DNA of 64,000 nt, from the sequence record NC_021529.2, one strand, 5' to 3'. Each line of letters opens with the position of its first letter. Position 1 is the stretch's first letter. A program made the position numbers and the translations under genes. The notes beneath the pieces are model-generated. The model saw only the letters and a list, made by a program, of their open reading frames with translations, was not told the DNA's origin and ran no database searches. This document shows positions 47,913 through 56,455 of this stretch, in pieces.

Positions 47913-49748
47913 ATGAAAGACGACATCAAAGACATTGTTAGTGGTTCGGGTAACAATAAAGAAAACGCGAATAAAGACTCGAAAGTGATCCCTACAATGC
48001 GTGACTTGGTAGCAGGTACAGTTGCGAAACAATACGCACTCGAAGACTTTCTACCGAAGCACATTGCAGAAGCACATATAAGTGGCGATATTCATTTTCA
48101 TGATTTAGATTACAGTCCATTATTTCCGCAATTCAACTGTATGCTTATTGATATCAAAGGCATGCTTGAAAACGGATTTAAAATGGGTAATGCTGAGATC
48201 GAAGAGCCAAACAGTATCGCGACTGCTGCGACTATTGTCACTCAGATCATACAACAAGTAAGTAGTCACATTTACGGCGGCAACACTGTTAATAGAATTG
48301 ACGAAGTTCTAGCACCATATGTTCGTAAGTCGTATTACAAATGGCTTGAGGTTGGTCGCGAAGAGCATCCCGATTCAGACTCAAAAGCAGCTATCTTTGC
48401 ACGTAAACGTGTCGAGAAAGAAACGTACGACGCTTTTCAAACGTTTGAGTATCAAGTTAACACAATGCAGACTTCGAACGGTCAGACGCCATTCACGACG
48501 ATTAACTTCGGTCTAGGTACATCGTGGGAAGAAAAGCTTATTCAGAAATGCATTCTGCAAAATCGAATTGCTGGTCTAGGCAAGACAAAGAAAACAGCGA
48601 TTTTCCCGAAACTTGTATTCACTATCAAAGATGGTGTGAACTTGAAAGAAGGCGATCCGTGTTACGGCATTAAGAAGCTTGCACTTGAATGCGCAAGTAA
48701 GCGCATGTATCCAGATATCTTGAGCTATGAAAAGCTAGTAGAAACAACTGGCGGGTTTAAGTCACCGATGGGATGTCGTTCATTCTTAGGCGACTGGAAA
48801 AACGAAGATGGTGAAACTGTATTCGACGGTCGAAACAATCTAGGCGTTGTCTCGTTGAACATTCCCCGAATTGCAATTGAAGCATCTGGTGATACTGCAC
48901 GATTCTTTGAAATTCTTCATGATCGTTGCACACTCGCGTACGAAGCGTTGATGCTACGTATTAAACGCTTTGATGATGTGACTGCATCAGTTGCACCGAT
49001 TCTGTACTGTGAAGGTGCAATGGGTGTACGTTTGAAACCAACTGATAAAGTCAGTGAAGTGTTCAAGCATGGTCGCTCAAGTATCTCACTTGGTTACATC
49101 GGCTTACACGAGGCAGTAACACTTCTGTCGCCTGATAAAGACATGCATACATTCGAGTCACAGCATAAGCAATTCCTTGCTGAGAAGATTGTAGAAACGC
49201 TTAGAGCGTATACTGACGCATGGAAAGAACTGACTGGTTACGGATTTAGTCTGTACAGCACACCAAGCGAATCGCTATGTGATCGTTTCTGTCGTCTTGA
49301 TCAAGAGAAGTACGGTATCATTACTGGTATCAATGACAAAGACTACTATACAAACTCGTTCCACTTAGACGTATTCAAGAAAGTGAATCCGTTCGAGAAG
49401 ATTGACTTTGAAGCATCGTACCCAGCATATGCAAACGGCGGTTTCATTTGCTATGCAGAGTTCCCGAACATGCGCGACAATATCAAAGGTCTAGAACGTG
49501 TATGGGATTATGCTCATAGCAAAGTTGCTTACTTCGGTACAAACACACCGATTGATCAATGTACTTGTGGATGGTCTGGCGAGGCACATGCTGATTCTGA
49601 AGGCTATTCATGTCCTGTCTGCGGTGAGCGTGATCCAGAGAAACTACACGTGACACGTCGAGTCTGTGGATATCTTGGTAACCCTGGTGCTCGTGGTTGG
49701 AATCACGGCAAGACTGTTGAAATGCAAAATCGCGTTAAGCACTGTTAA
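47913..49748 (+). CDS. nrdD: anaerobic ribonucleotide reductase large subunit
   Basis: PMGCRSFL, GRNNLGVVSLN, YTNSFH, C-terminal Zn cysteines and glycyl-radical RRVCGYL; uninterrupted. Confidence 0.98.
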   Translation: MKDDIKDIVSGSGNNKENANKDSKVIPTMRDLVAGTVAKQYALEDFLPKHIAEAHISGDIHFHDLDYSPLFPQFNCMLIDIKGMLENGFKMGNAEIEEPNSIATAATIVTQIIQQVSSHIYGGNTVNRIDEVLAPYVRKSYYKWLEVGREEHPDSDSKAAIFARKRVEKETYDAFQTFEYQVNTMQTSNGQTPFTTINFGLGTSWEEKLIQKCILQNRIAGLGKTKKTAIFPKLVFTIKDGVNLKEGDPCYGIKKLALECASKRMYPDILSYEKLVETTGGFKSPMGCRSFLGDWKNEDGETVFDGRNNLGVVSLNIPRIAIEASGDTARFFEILHDRCTLAYEALMLRIKRFDDVTASVAPILYCEGAMGVRLKPTDKVSEVFKHGRSSISLGYIGLHEAVTLLSPDKDMHTFESQHKQFLAEKIVETLRAYTDAWKELTGYGFSLYSTPSESLCDRFCRLDQEKYGIITGINDKDYYTNSFHLDVFKKVNPFEKIDFEASYPAYANGGFICYAEFPNMRDNIKGLERVWDYAHSKVAYFGTNTPIDQCTCGWSGEAHADSEGYSCPVCGERDPEKLHVTRRVCGYLGNPGARGWNHGKTVEMQNRVKHC

Positions 49749-49773
49749 GAAAAGCTCCTTCGGGAGCTTTTTT
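49749..49773 (+). terminator. terminator after nrdD
   Basis: AAAGCTCC-ttcg-GGAGCTTTTTT. Confidence 0.9.
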
Positions 49774-49794
49774 CGTTTTTATTGAAAAAAGTTC

Positions 49795-49868
49795 TTGCAT
49801 TATAAAACCAATGCGCGTAATATTAACTACATCGAAACGACATCGACTAACAAAGAGAGAACATTATG
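49795..49868 (+). promoter_or_regulatory. early promoter plus conserved leader (copy 2)
   Basis: TTGCAT-N17-TAATAT, then ATCGAAACGACATCGACTAACAAAGAGAGAACATTATG. Confidence 0.8.
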
Positions 49869-50288
49869 CTATACATTAACCTAACTACTCGCAGCGTTAC
49901 ATCAGAACATTCAGTAGCACAACAATGGCTTCAAGAACGTCACGATGTGCAATCACGCTGGGATTGGGACTGCGACACAATTGAGCAAGTTGCTGAAGTG
50001 TGCAAGATGATTGACGACGAACGTTACATGGTGACTGATGCAGGTGCCGGTTGCTCGCCTCGCTTTGATATCATCGAAAAGCCACAAGTCGGTGATGAAG
50101 TTAGCTATGCATTTAACGGCGACTACTACCCTGACGGTGAAATCGCGAAAATTTCAAAAACAATGAAAATGATCACGACTACAACAGGTAAGAAATATTA
50201 CCGCAAGCAGTTGACAGGTCGTTGGGTTAATGCTGGTACGTGGACACTTGTTCAGGGCCATGTATCAAAACTGAATGAGGAATTCTAA
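49866..50288 (+). CDS. early hypothetical protein (140 aa)
   Basis: First gene after the conserved early leader. Confidence 0.7.
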   Translation: MLYINLTTRSVTSEHSVAQQWLQERHDVQSRWDWDCDTIEQVAEVCKMIDDERYMVTDAGAGCSPRFDIIEKPQVGDEVSYAFNGDYYPDGEIAKISKTMKMITTTTGKKYYRKQLTGRWVNAGTWTLVQGHVSKLNEEF

Positions 50289-50536
50289 TGAAAAAATATG
50301 CGTATGCTTTCGCACTATGGATTATCGCAATTCTATTGGCTGCTCCATTTTTCTTTTATAAAGTTGAATCGAATGAACAGCCATTAGTTTTCAGAAATAT
50401 TCCAATTTACCATCCTACAAGTGATGATTCGTATAAAAAGGTATGCATGGATGGTATTGAGTACTATCGAATGGGACGTGGCGCAGCGCCAGTAGTTGAT
50501 AAAGAAACGCTATCATTTGTACGTTGCGGAGAGTAA
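50288..50536 (+). CDS. membrane-anchored hypothetical protein (82 aa)
   Basis: N-terminal hydrophobic helix; CMDGIEY...C pair. Confidence 0.65.
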   Translation: MKKYAYAFALWIIAILLAAPFFFYKVESNEQPLVFRNIPIYHPTSDDSYKKVCMDGIEYYRMGRGAAPVVDKETLSFVRCGE

Positions 50537-50537
50537 A

Positions 50538-51077
50538 ATGTACGTTGAAACAGAGAAAGATGTACCTGTCGTAGTCAATAAAAAAGTCGAACCTGGCACT
50601 ATGATTCGATTGCATACAACTTGCAATGCGTCATTGCTTGTTAAATTTGCACACGTTGATTTGCATAATGTTGTGTTATACAGTGAATGTGATATGCGTG
50701 CATACATGTTGCAGCAAAATAAAATCGCGATTGACAAGAAAATCTTCACTGTTGATAAGATGACTTTGGCAATTTCGCATGATAAAGAAGTGTATCTGCA
50801 CCAAGAAACGTTGTTGTACGAGTCAATCACGCATGAAAAGCAGGCTGTGAAAGAAGAACTTAAAGCTGGCGACGAACTTGGTGTGTATGTTGACTGTCAA
50901 TGGACACCGCGCAGAGAAATAGGCAAAGTGTTATTCAGTAACGATGAATTTATTACCGTCGTTGCAGACGACGTACCATTTACGTTTGGTAGAAATGAAC
51001 TGAGTAATATCGTTCACGTTCAAAGCAATGGTGCTCGATATTCATGTCGATTCATCCCGACGGTTACATATAAATGA
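50538..51077 (+). CDS. hypothetical protein (179 aa)
   Basis: GGAG RBS; ATG 50538 is in frame with ORF 50496. Confidence 0.6.
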   Translation: MYVETEKDVPVVVNKKVEPGTMIRLHTTCNASLLVKFAHVDLHNVVLYSECDMRAYMLQQNKIAIDKKIFTVDKMTLAISHDKEVYLHQETLLYESITHEKQAVKEELKAGDELGVYVDCQWTPRREIGKVLFSNDEFITVVADDVPFTFGRNELSNIVHVQSNGARYSCRFIPTVTYK

Positions 51078-51549
51078 AGTACCAAAAATTAACGAGTTTG
51101 ATTTCGCAAATGGTGAAGGTGTTCGATTGAGCATCTTCGTTTCTGGGTGTGAGCATCGCTGTAAGGGCTGCTATAACGAATCTACGTGGGATTCGAACGA
51201 TGGTATTGAATTCACTGAAGACACGCTCAGAGACGTTCTGACGAGCTTAGAAGAGCATGATGGGCTGAGTCTCACTGGTGGTGATCCGTTGCATCCTGAT
51301 AATCGCGAAGAAATACTGCGAATTTGCAAAGCAGTGAAAGAACGCCATCCTGAAAAAGACATATGGATGTGGAGCGGTTACAAGTTATCTCATGTTTATC
51401 ATTTAGAGATAATGAATTATATTGATGTTTTCATAGACGGGCGATACAAGAGACATCAACCGACGCAGAAAGCGTGGCGTGGTTCTGACAATCAAATCTT
51501 GTACGTTCGAGTTAACGACGAGTTAGTAAAAGATGAGCTACGAAACTGA
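51074..51549 (+). CDS. nrdG: anaerobic RNR activase (radical SAM), split by one apparent missing A at 51084-51088
   Basis: CEHRCKGC motif; an ATGA-overlapping start gives MKYQK and one extra A joins INEFDFANGEGVRLSIFVSGC (158 aa). Confidence 0.92.
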
Positions 51550-51742
51550 TATATGTACGCCAGAATCTGTCGGGAATGTTTATGTGAGTAAGATTCCTGA
51601 TGGTGTTCTATTTAAAAAACATGCATGGTCAGACGCAATGGGATATTATGTTCATATGGACATGTTCTATTTGACTGAAGTCGCAATTGCGCTATCTGAA
51701 CATATTGGGTTAACAGATTTATTTGGAGTGTATTCAAAATGA
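51533..51742 (+). CDS. hypothetical protein (69 aa)
   Basis: Overlapping operon context. Confidence 0.55.
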   Translation: MSYETDICTPESVGNVYVSKIPDGVLFKKHAWSDAMGYYVHMDMFYLTEVAIALSEHIGLTDLFGVYSK

Positions 51743-52263
51743 GTTGTGTTTGGATTACGAGTGACTTGCATTTAGGTCATCGTAACATTGGTAAATTTCG
51801 TGAAGGTATTGCAGACACTCAAGCGAATACAGATTGGATTGTTGACTTCTGGTTGAAGAACGTTCGCAAACGTGACACTGTAATCATGCTTGGAGATACT
51901 GCATTTACTGAAGAAGCAGTTGGTATTTTAGCAGGCCTGCCGGGTCGAAAAGTTCAGTACGGTGGTAATCATGATGACTTGCCTGTAACGAGCTACATGC
52001 GTGCATTTGACGTAATTCGCGGCTGTGAGAAGTTCAAAAAGCTAGGTTGGCTTAGTCATTTCCCATTGCATCCTGCTGAGTTGCGTGGTCATTTTAGCAT
52101 TCACGGTCACGTGCATTACGAAACGATTGACGACTATCGTTATGTAAACGTTTGCTGTGACAATCTACAGCGTAACATCGGTCAGCCGATGATTCGTTTA
52201 ACTGATTTGCGTCAGCTTCTTGACAAGCGTCGTGTGTCTAAAGAGGTCAGTTACGACTTCTAG
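51739..52263 (+). CDS. calcineurin-like metallophosphoesterase
   Basis: SDLHLGH, LGD, GNHD, SHFP, HGHVH motifs. Confidence 0.9.
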   Translation: MSCVWITSDLHLGHRNIGKFREGIADTQANTDWIVDFWLKNVRKRDTVIMLGDTAFTEEAVGILAGLPGRKVQYGGNHDDLPVTSYMRAFDVIRGCEKFKKLGWLSHFPLHPAELRGHFSIHGHVHYETIDDYRYVNVCCDNLQRNIGQPMIRLTDLRQLLDKRRVSKEVSYDF

Positions 52264-52265
52264 CA

Positions 52266-52335
52266 CATAGTCTATCTGCATGAACATCTAAATACTGGTA
52301 TGGTATTAAGAGTGGTGTTCATGCACTATGATAGA
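52266..52335 (+). promoter_or_regulatory. start-sequestering stem-loop with late promoter TCTAAATA (52287-52294) in the loop
   Basis: TGCATGAACA (52277-86) pairs with TGTTCATGCA (52316-25); flanking TCTATC/GATAGA or CATAG/CTATG pairing covers ATG 52328. Confidence 0.7.
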
Positions 52336-53173
52336 TGTTTTGTTGAGATATGACGCAAGGATCATCAATAGTCGGAAGATCGTTATCTACACAGATGACA
52401 ATCGTCTTAGTCTTATTGTGAAACTCGCGAACGAACTCGACGGAACGTACAAGAAGTGCGATCCTGGCAGTTCAATTGGTTGTATACAGATGGAAAAATG
52501 CAGAGTATACGTCAAGCCAACATCTAATCCCGGTATCGAGAATGAACGCAATTTCTATACTATTGTAAAGCAACACATTGATTCTGGCTGTACGCGGATT
52601 AATATTGGTGGGCGTCTTATAAAAGGTGTTCAGTCGATTGAAATGACTGGACATGACACGAAAAATAATAAGAAAGCTGATATGGTCTTGAAAACGACCA
52701 AAGGCGAATTCCCAATTTCAATTAAAAAGCAAAACGCAGAGCGTTGGGCGAGTACTGATGTAATTCATGGCAAAGAAGCTTGCAAGCTACTGGATGATAT
52801 GGTAGCTAAACGAATTGTTACATTATCTGACTTTTCAGATGATGGTAAAGTCAAGCGTCTAAGTCAACCAATTGCTCGACGACTACGCGAAGATGAGATT
52901 GACCATGTTGTATTTGGGTCTGATATTCTCAACAACGGCTTGGTCATTGTAAATAGCTTTACTCTAGATGATTTTGCAATCAAGCGCGGTACATTACATA
53001 TTAGCGGTGAAATACTGTTGAATTCAAATGATGTAAAAGACACTATATATCACCCATATATGATGATTAGAAATGATGCATGTCGCCGTTCAAAGGCATT
53101 GCCTTATGGTGTGCGTGTTGAGGTTGTATTCGAATCAAGAATTACGAAAAATACGATTGTTTACGAGGAGTAG
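52328..53173 (+). CDS. putative PD-(D/E)xK nuclease
   Basis: GIENERNF...KKADMVL...FPISIKK motif arrangement. Confidence 0.55.
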   Translation: MIDVLLRYDARIINSRKIVIYTDDNRLSLIVKLANELDGTYKKCDPGSSIGCIQMEKCRVYVKPTSNPGIENERNFYTIVKQHIDSGCTRINIGGRLIKGVQSIEMTGHDTKNNKKADMVLKTTKGEFPISIKKQNAERWASTDVIHGKEACKLLDDMVAKRIVTLSDFSDDGKVKRLSQPIARRLREDEIDHVVFGSDILNNGLVIVNSFTLDDFAIKRGTLHISGEILLNSNDVKDTIYHPYMMIRNDACRRSKALPYGVRVEVVFESRITKNTIVYEE

Positions 53174-53176
53174 CTA

Positions 53177-54001
53177 ATGGCTATCAAAGATAAATTGGAA
53201 GAACTTATTGCGTCGGTTCACCAATGTACTACAAAAGACGGTGTAGTTGAGATCGAAAAACTATACACTAAGAAAAAAAGCGAACTTGGTGCTAACATCA
53301 CTCCGATGATGGACATTCGTGTTCGTGACGCGATTCGTGGTAAAATCACGATGTTTGACAAAGAAAGCAACGCAGAAAAAGAAGAAGCAGCAATGAAGAA
53401 GCAGCAACAAGAAGCTGAAGCAATTGCAGCTAAACTTGATGAAGGCTTGTTCGTCGTGTCTGAGAAAGAATTCTTTGAGCATGACACTGTTGTCAATGAG
53501 TGTGCTATCGATGCTGCTTGTATTATGGATATAGATGCATCAATCCCTTCAGTTGGTCACAAAGAACTGACTAAGACCCTATCTGAAGCGTGTGATCACG
53601 TAGGCGCAGTCGGTAAAGTATTTGTTCCAGAATCACATAATCACGTCTTGTCACTACAAGAGCGCGTTGAGATCATCGAATCGTTCTCTGATGTTGACGT
53701 TGCAGAAAAAGGTGTGATGTTCTCTGAAGTTGAAAACATGATTCAGCGTGGTATTACTCGCGTGTTTGCATTTGTCGAGTCCGAGAAAGTAGCGGAATAT
53801 CGTCGTCTTGGTCGTCACTTCTTACGAGTTGGCGGTACACGATTTGAAATCGTTGAAGTTAAGAACAAAGTACCATCTTCTGTTATTGACAATCTAATCC
53901 GCGAAGACAATCTAACTGAATTCTTCCGAAGCGTACCGATGCCGCTTGCAGAAGCAGAGAAGATCTTTGATCGTCATATTGAACAATTCTTGGGGGCGTA
54001 A
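53177..54001 (+). CDS. UvsW.1-like domain fused to a degenerate cytidyltransferase-like domain
   Basis: IASVHQCTTKDGVVEIEKLY...DIRVRDAIRGK resembles T4 UvsW.1; SVGHKEL (HIGH-like) and C-terminal SSVIDNLIREDNLTEFFRSVP. Confidence 0.6.
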   Translation: MAIKDKLEELIASVHQCTTKDGVVEIEKLYTKKKSELGANITPMMDIRVRDAIRGKITMFDKESNAEKEEAAMKKQQQEAEAIAAKLDEGLFVVSEKEFFEHDTVVNECAIDAACIMDIDASIPSVGHKELTKTLSEACDHVGAVGKVFVPESHNHVLSLQERVEIIESFSDVDVAEKGVMFSEVENMIQRGITRVFAFVESEKVAEYRRLGRHFLRVGGTRFEIVEVKNKVPSSVIDNLIREDNLTEFFRSVPMPLAEAEKIFDRHIEQFLGA

Positions 54002-54480
54002 TGAGTATTGCAAAACGCGGTGCTGATGGGTTTTATGCTCTTCGTCTATCTCGCTTGCTTCATCTACGTTTCGAACGCTGGGAAGCATATCGTTTAGGCA
54101 TCATTGATGCTAACGGCAAGAAGCTACGCGACCCTGAGACAGCACAAGAGAAAAGCAACTGGACTATGTTTCATGTCACTGTTCGTAATATCAAGCGTAT
54201 GGTGAATGCATTGCCGGGCGGTAGAACTGCACTTGATTACGGTGCGTCGTATCTTCTGTTGATTGAGCTTGCTAAAGAATATGGATTGTCAGATGATTTC
54301 GCTGATGAGTGTATTCGCGTTGAAGAATCGATGGTAGCTGGCGACGCTGGTGATGGATCTAGTTCGCCTGAATCAATTGCATCTGGTGAAACCACTGGTG
54401 CTGTTACAAATCCGGGACCTGAAACTCTCGGTAAGAAAAAGAAGAAAAAGAAACTGAAGAAATTCAGACACTTTGATTGA
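54001..54480 (+). CDS. 61.1: conserved T4 gp61.1-like protein
   Basis: WEAYRLGIIDANGK...FHVTVRNIKRMVNALPGG. Confidence 0.8.
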   Translation: MSIAKRGADGFYALRLSRLLHLRFERWEAYRLGIIDANGKKLRDPETAQEKSNWTMFHVTVRNIKRMVNALPGGRTALDYGASYLLLIELAKEYGLSDDFADECIRVEESMVAGDAGDGSSSPESIASGETTGAVTNPGPETLGKKKKKKKLKKFRHFD

Positions 54481-54481
54481 T

Positions 54482-54506
54482 AAAAGCCCCGTTTTAGGGG
54501 CTTTTT
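54482..54506 (+). terminator. terminator
   Basis: AAAAGCCCC-gtttta-GGGGCTTTTT. Confidence 0.85.
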
Positions 54507-54509
54507 AAT

Positions 54510-54538
54510 GTTTATCGTATCGTGACGCCGTGTATAAT
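54510..54538 (+). promoter_or_regulatory. GTTTAT-N17-TATAAT promoter for primase
   Basis: Exact -10 with upstream TG. Confidence 0.75.
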
Positions 54539-54558
54539 GTCTACACGGAGGTAATATT

Positions 54559-55617
54559 ATGCAAATTCTCGTTGATATACAATACGCAAAGATGCTTCAG
54601 CATCGTTTGCTACTCCCTAAGGTTCATAGTAACCGTCCCTTCAAAATCAATGCTCGTTGCCCGATTTGCGGCGACTCAAAAAAGAACAAATATAAGACTC
54701 GTTTTTGGATCAATGAAGTAAAGACTAAAACTGGTATGTTGCATTTGCGCTGTTCTTGTTGGAACTGCGATTACAACGAATCACTATACACGTTTTTGCA
54801 AGATCATGAGCCTGCTTTGTTCGCACAATATCGCGTTGATCTATTCAAAGAACGAAACTCGCGTGAGCGTAAAGAGCGCGAGTCAGAACCAGTCGAAGAA
54901 AAGAAAGAAGCGACTGTAATCGAGAAAGAGCAAGAAGAACAATTGTTCTATAACATCACTGCACTGAAAGAAGGTCACGTGATGCACAAATATCTTGAGT
55001 CTCGTAAAATCCCGAAAGACAAGTGGAATTTGCTTGGCTTTACTCGTGGGTGGTCGCAAATGGCTAAGACACTTAGACCAGACTTGTACGAAGGCGAAAT
55101 CAAACAAGATCACCCTCGATTAGTTATTCCGATTTACAATAAAGACGGGTTGGTTGCAGTTCAAGGTCGTGCGCTGACAAACAAACACGCTCAGCGTTAC
55201 ATGACGATCAAAATCGACGACGATTTCAACAAGATTTATGGCACAGAACGAATTAATGAAGATGACCCTGTTATTTTCGTTGAGGGTCCGATTGATAGTT
55301 TATTCCTATACAATTGCTGTGCTATAGTAGGTGGACAAGTGAGTCCAGCGAACGCACCGTATGCTGGCAATCGCATATGGGCACTTGATAATGAGCCGCG
55401 TCACCCTGACGTTGTAAAGCGTCTTCAAGTTCTGATACGAGCTGGTGAGCGCGTTGTAATATGGGATAAACTTCCGCCACAAATCATCGGTAAGAAAGAC
55501 ATCAATGATTTTGTGAAAGCTGGCGTATCTGCTGAGTTTATTCAGCAATACATTTATGAAAATGCTGTTAGCGGTCTAATGGCAACAAACAGATTGAATC
55601 GTTGGAAAAAAGTTTAA
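54559..55617 (+). CDS. 61: DNA primase gp61
   Basis: Zn ribbon CPICGD..CSCWNC, QGRAL, TOPRIM VEGPIDS, DINDF. Confidence 0.96.
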   Translation: MQILVDIQYAKMLQHRLLLPKVHSNRPFKINARCPICGDSKKNKYKTRFWINEVKTKTGMLHLRCSCWNCDYNESLYTFLQDHEPALFAQYRVDLFKERNSRERKERESEPVEEKKEATVIEKEQEEQLFYNITALKEGHVMHKYLESRKIPKDKWNLLGFTRGWSQMAKTLRPDLYEGEIKQDHPRLVIPIYNKDGLVAVQGRALTNKHAQRYMTIKIDDDFNKIYGTERINEDDPVIFVEGPIDSLFLYNCCAIVGGQVSPANAPYAGNRIWALDNEPRHPDVVKRLQVLIRAGERVVIWDKLPPQIIGKKDINDFVKAGVSAEFIQQYIYENAVSGLMATNRLNRWKKV

Positions 55618-56228
55618 TGAAGATCATTTACCTCCCTCACTACAAAGAAAACAAAGAACTTGGGCTTGAAGCAATTGACAAACTAAGCGTCAAAGATCCA
55701 GATGATGCAGGTATTGATCTGCGTGCTGCGATTCGAGGCACACTTGTTCTAAACCCAGGTGAATCATACGTAATCCCATCTGGTGTTAAGATTCACATCG
55801 GCTCACATGATCTGCACAAGAAAAACATTGTCCTAAGCAAGCTTGAGTCATTTTTTGATCGCACACTACGTGCTCTATCAAATCGAAATGATGTTCAACC
55901 GTTGTTCGACGTTGTATCGAATATTTTGAAGCGTGACAAAGACGAAATCGGTGTATACGGTGCGATTGCTCCGCGCAGTGGTCTTGGATTTAAGCACTTC
56001 TTACGACTTGCGAACACAATCGGTATCATTGACGCGAACTATCAAGGTGAAATCATGATCAAGATTCGCAATGAAGGTGACGACGTGTTAACGATTGAGC
56101 GCGGTGATCGTATTTGTCAGTTGATTTTCCACACGTATGTTAAGAACGTCACGTTTGAAGAAGTTGAAGACTTCGATGAAGAAACTGAACGTGGTGAAGG
56201 CGGGTTTGGTCGTAGCGGGGTGAAATAA
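55617..56228 (+). CDS. dut: trimeric dUTPase with internal insertion
   Basis: AGIDL, PRSG, GIIDANYQGEI, RICQLI, RGEGGFGRSG (motifs 1-5). Confidence 0.93.
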   Translation: MKIIYLPHYKENKELGLEAIDKLSVKDPDDAGIDLRAAIRGTLVLNPGESYVIPSGVKIHIGSHDLHKKNIVLSKLESFFDRTLRALSNRNDVQPLFDVVSNILKRDKDEIGVYGAIAPRSGLGFKHFLRLANTIGIIDANYQGEIMIKIRNEGDDVLTIERGDRICQLIFHTYVKNVTFEEVEDFDEETERGEGGFGRSGVK

Positions 56229-56455
56229 TGCTAGATGTGCAAGATATTTTAGGCGAATATCATACAATATTGTTTGACGAGCGCGTTGAAGCCGCGCTCC
56301 GAATGGATATTGCTCGTGATCAAGAACAGAAAGACAAGATGATTGGTAGTCTTCGATACACACTTGGTCAAATTCAACAACAACAAAGAATGATTGACAG
56401 CAAACTTGCGTTGCTTCATTCATTACTAGATTTGAAGCAAAAGGTAACAGCATGA
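56228..56455 (+). CDS. hypothetical coiled-coil protein (75 aa)
   Basis: TAATG overlap, operon context. Confidence 0.55.
   Translation: MLDVQDILGEYHTILFDERVEAALRMDIARDQEQKDKMIGSLRYTLGQIQQQQRMIDSKLALLHSLLDLKQKVTA

Noticed and set aside
51028-51073. Track start of nrdG at 51028
   Set aside because: It overlaps the upstream gene by 50 nt and gives a non-homologous N-terminus; the ATGA-coupled start at 51074 with the A-run correction fits NrdG better.
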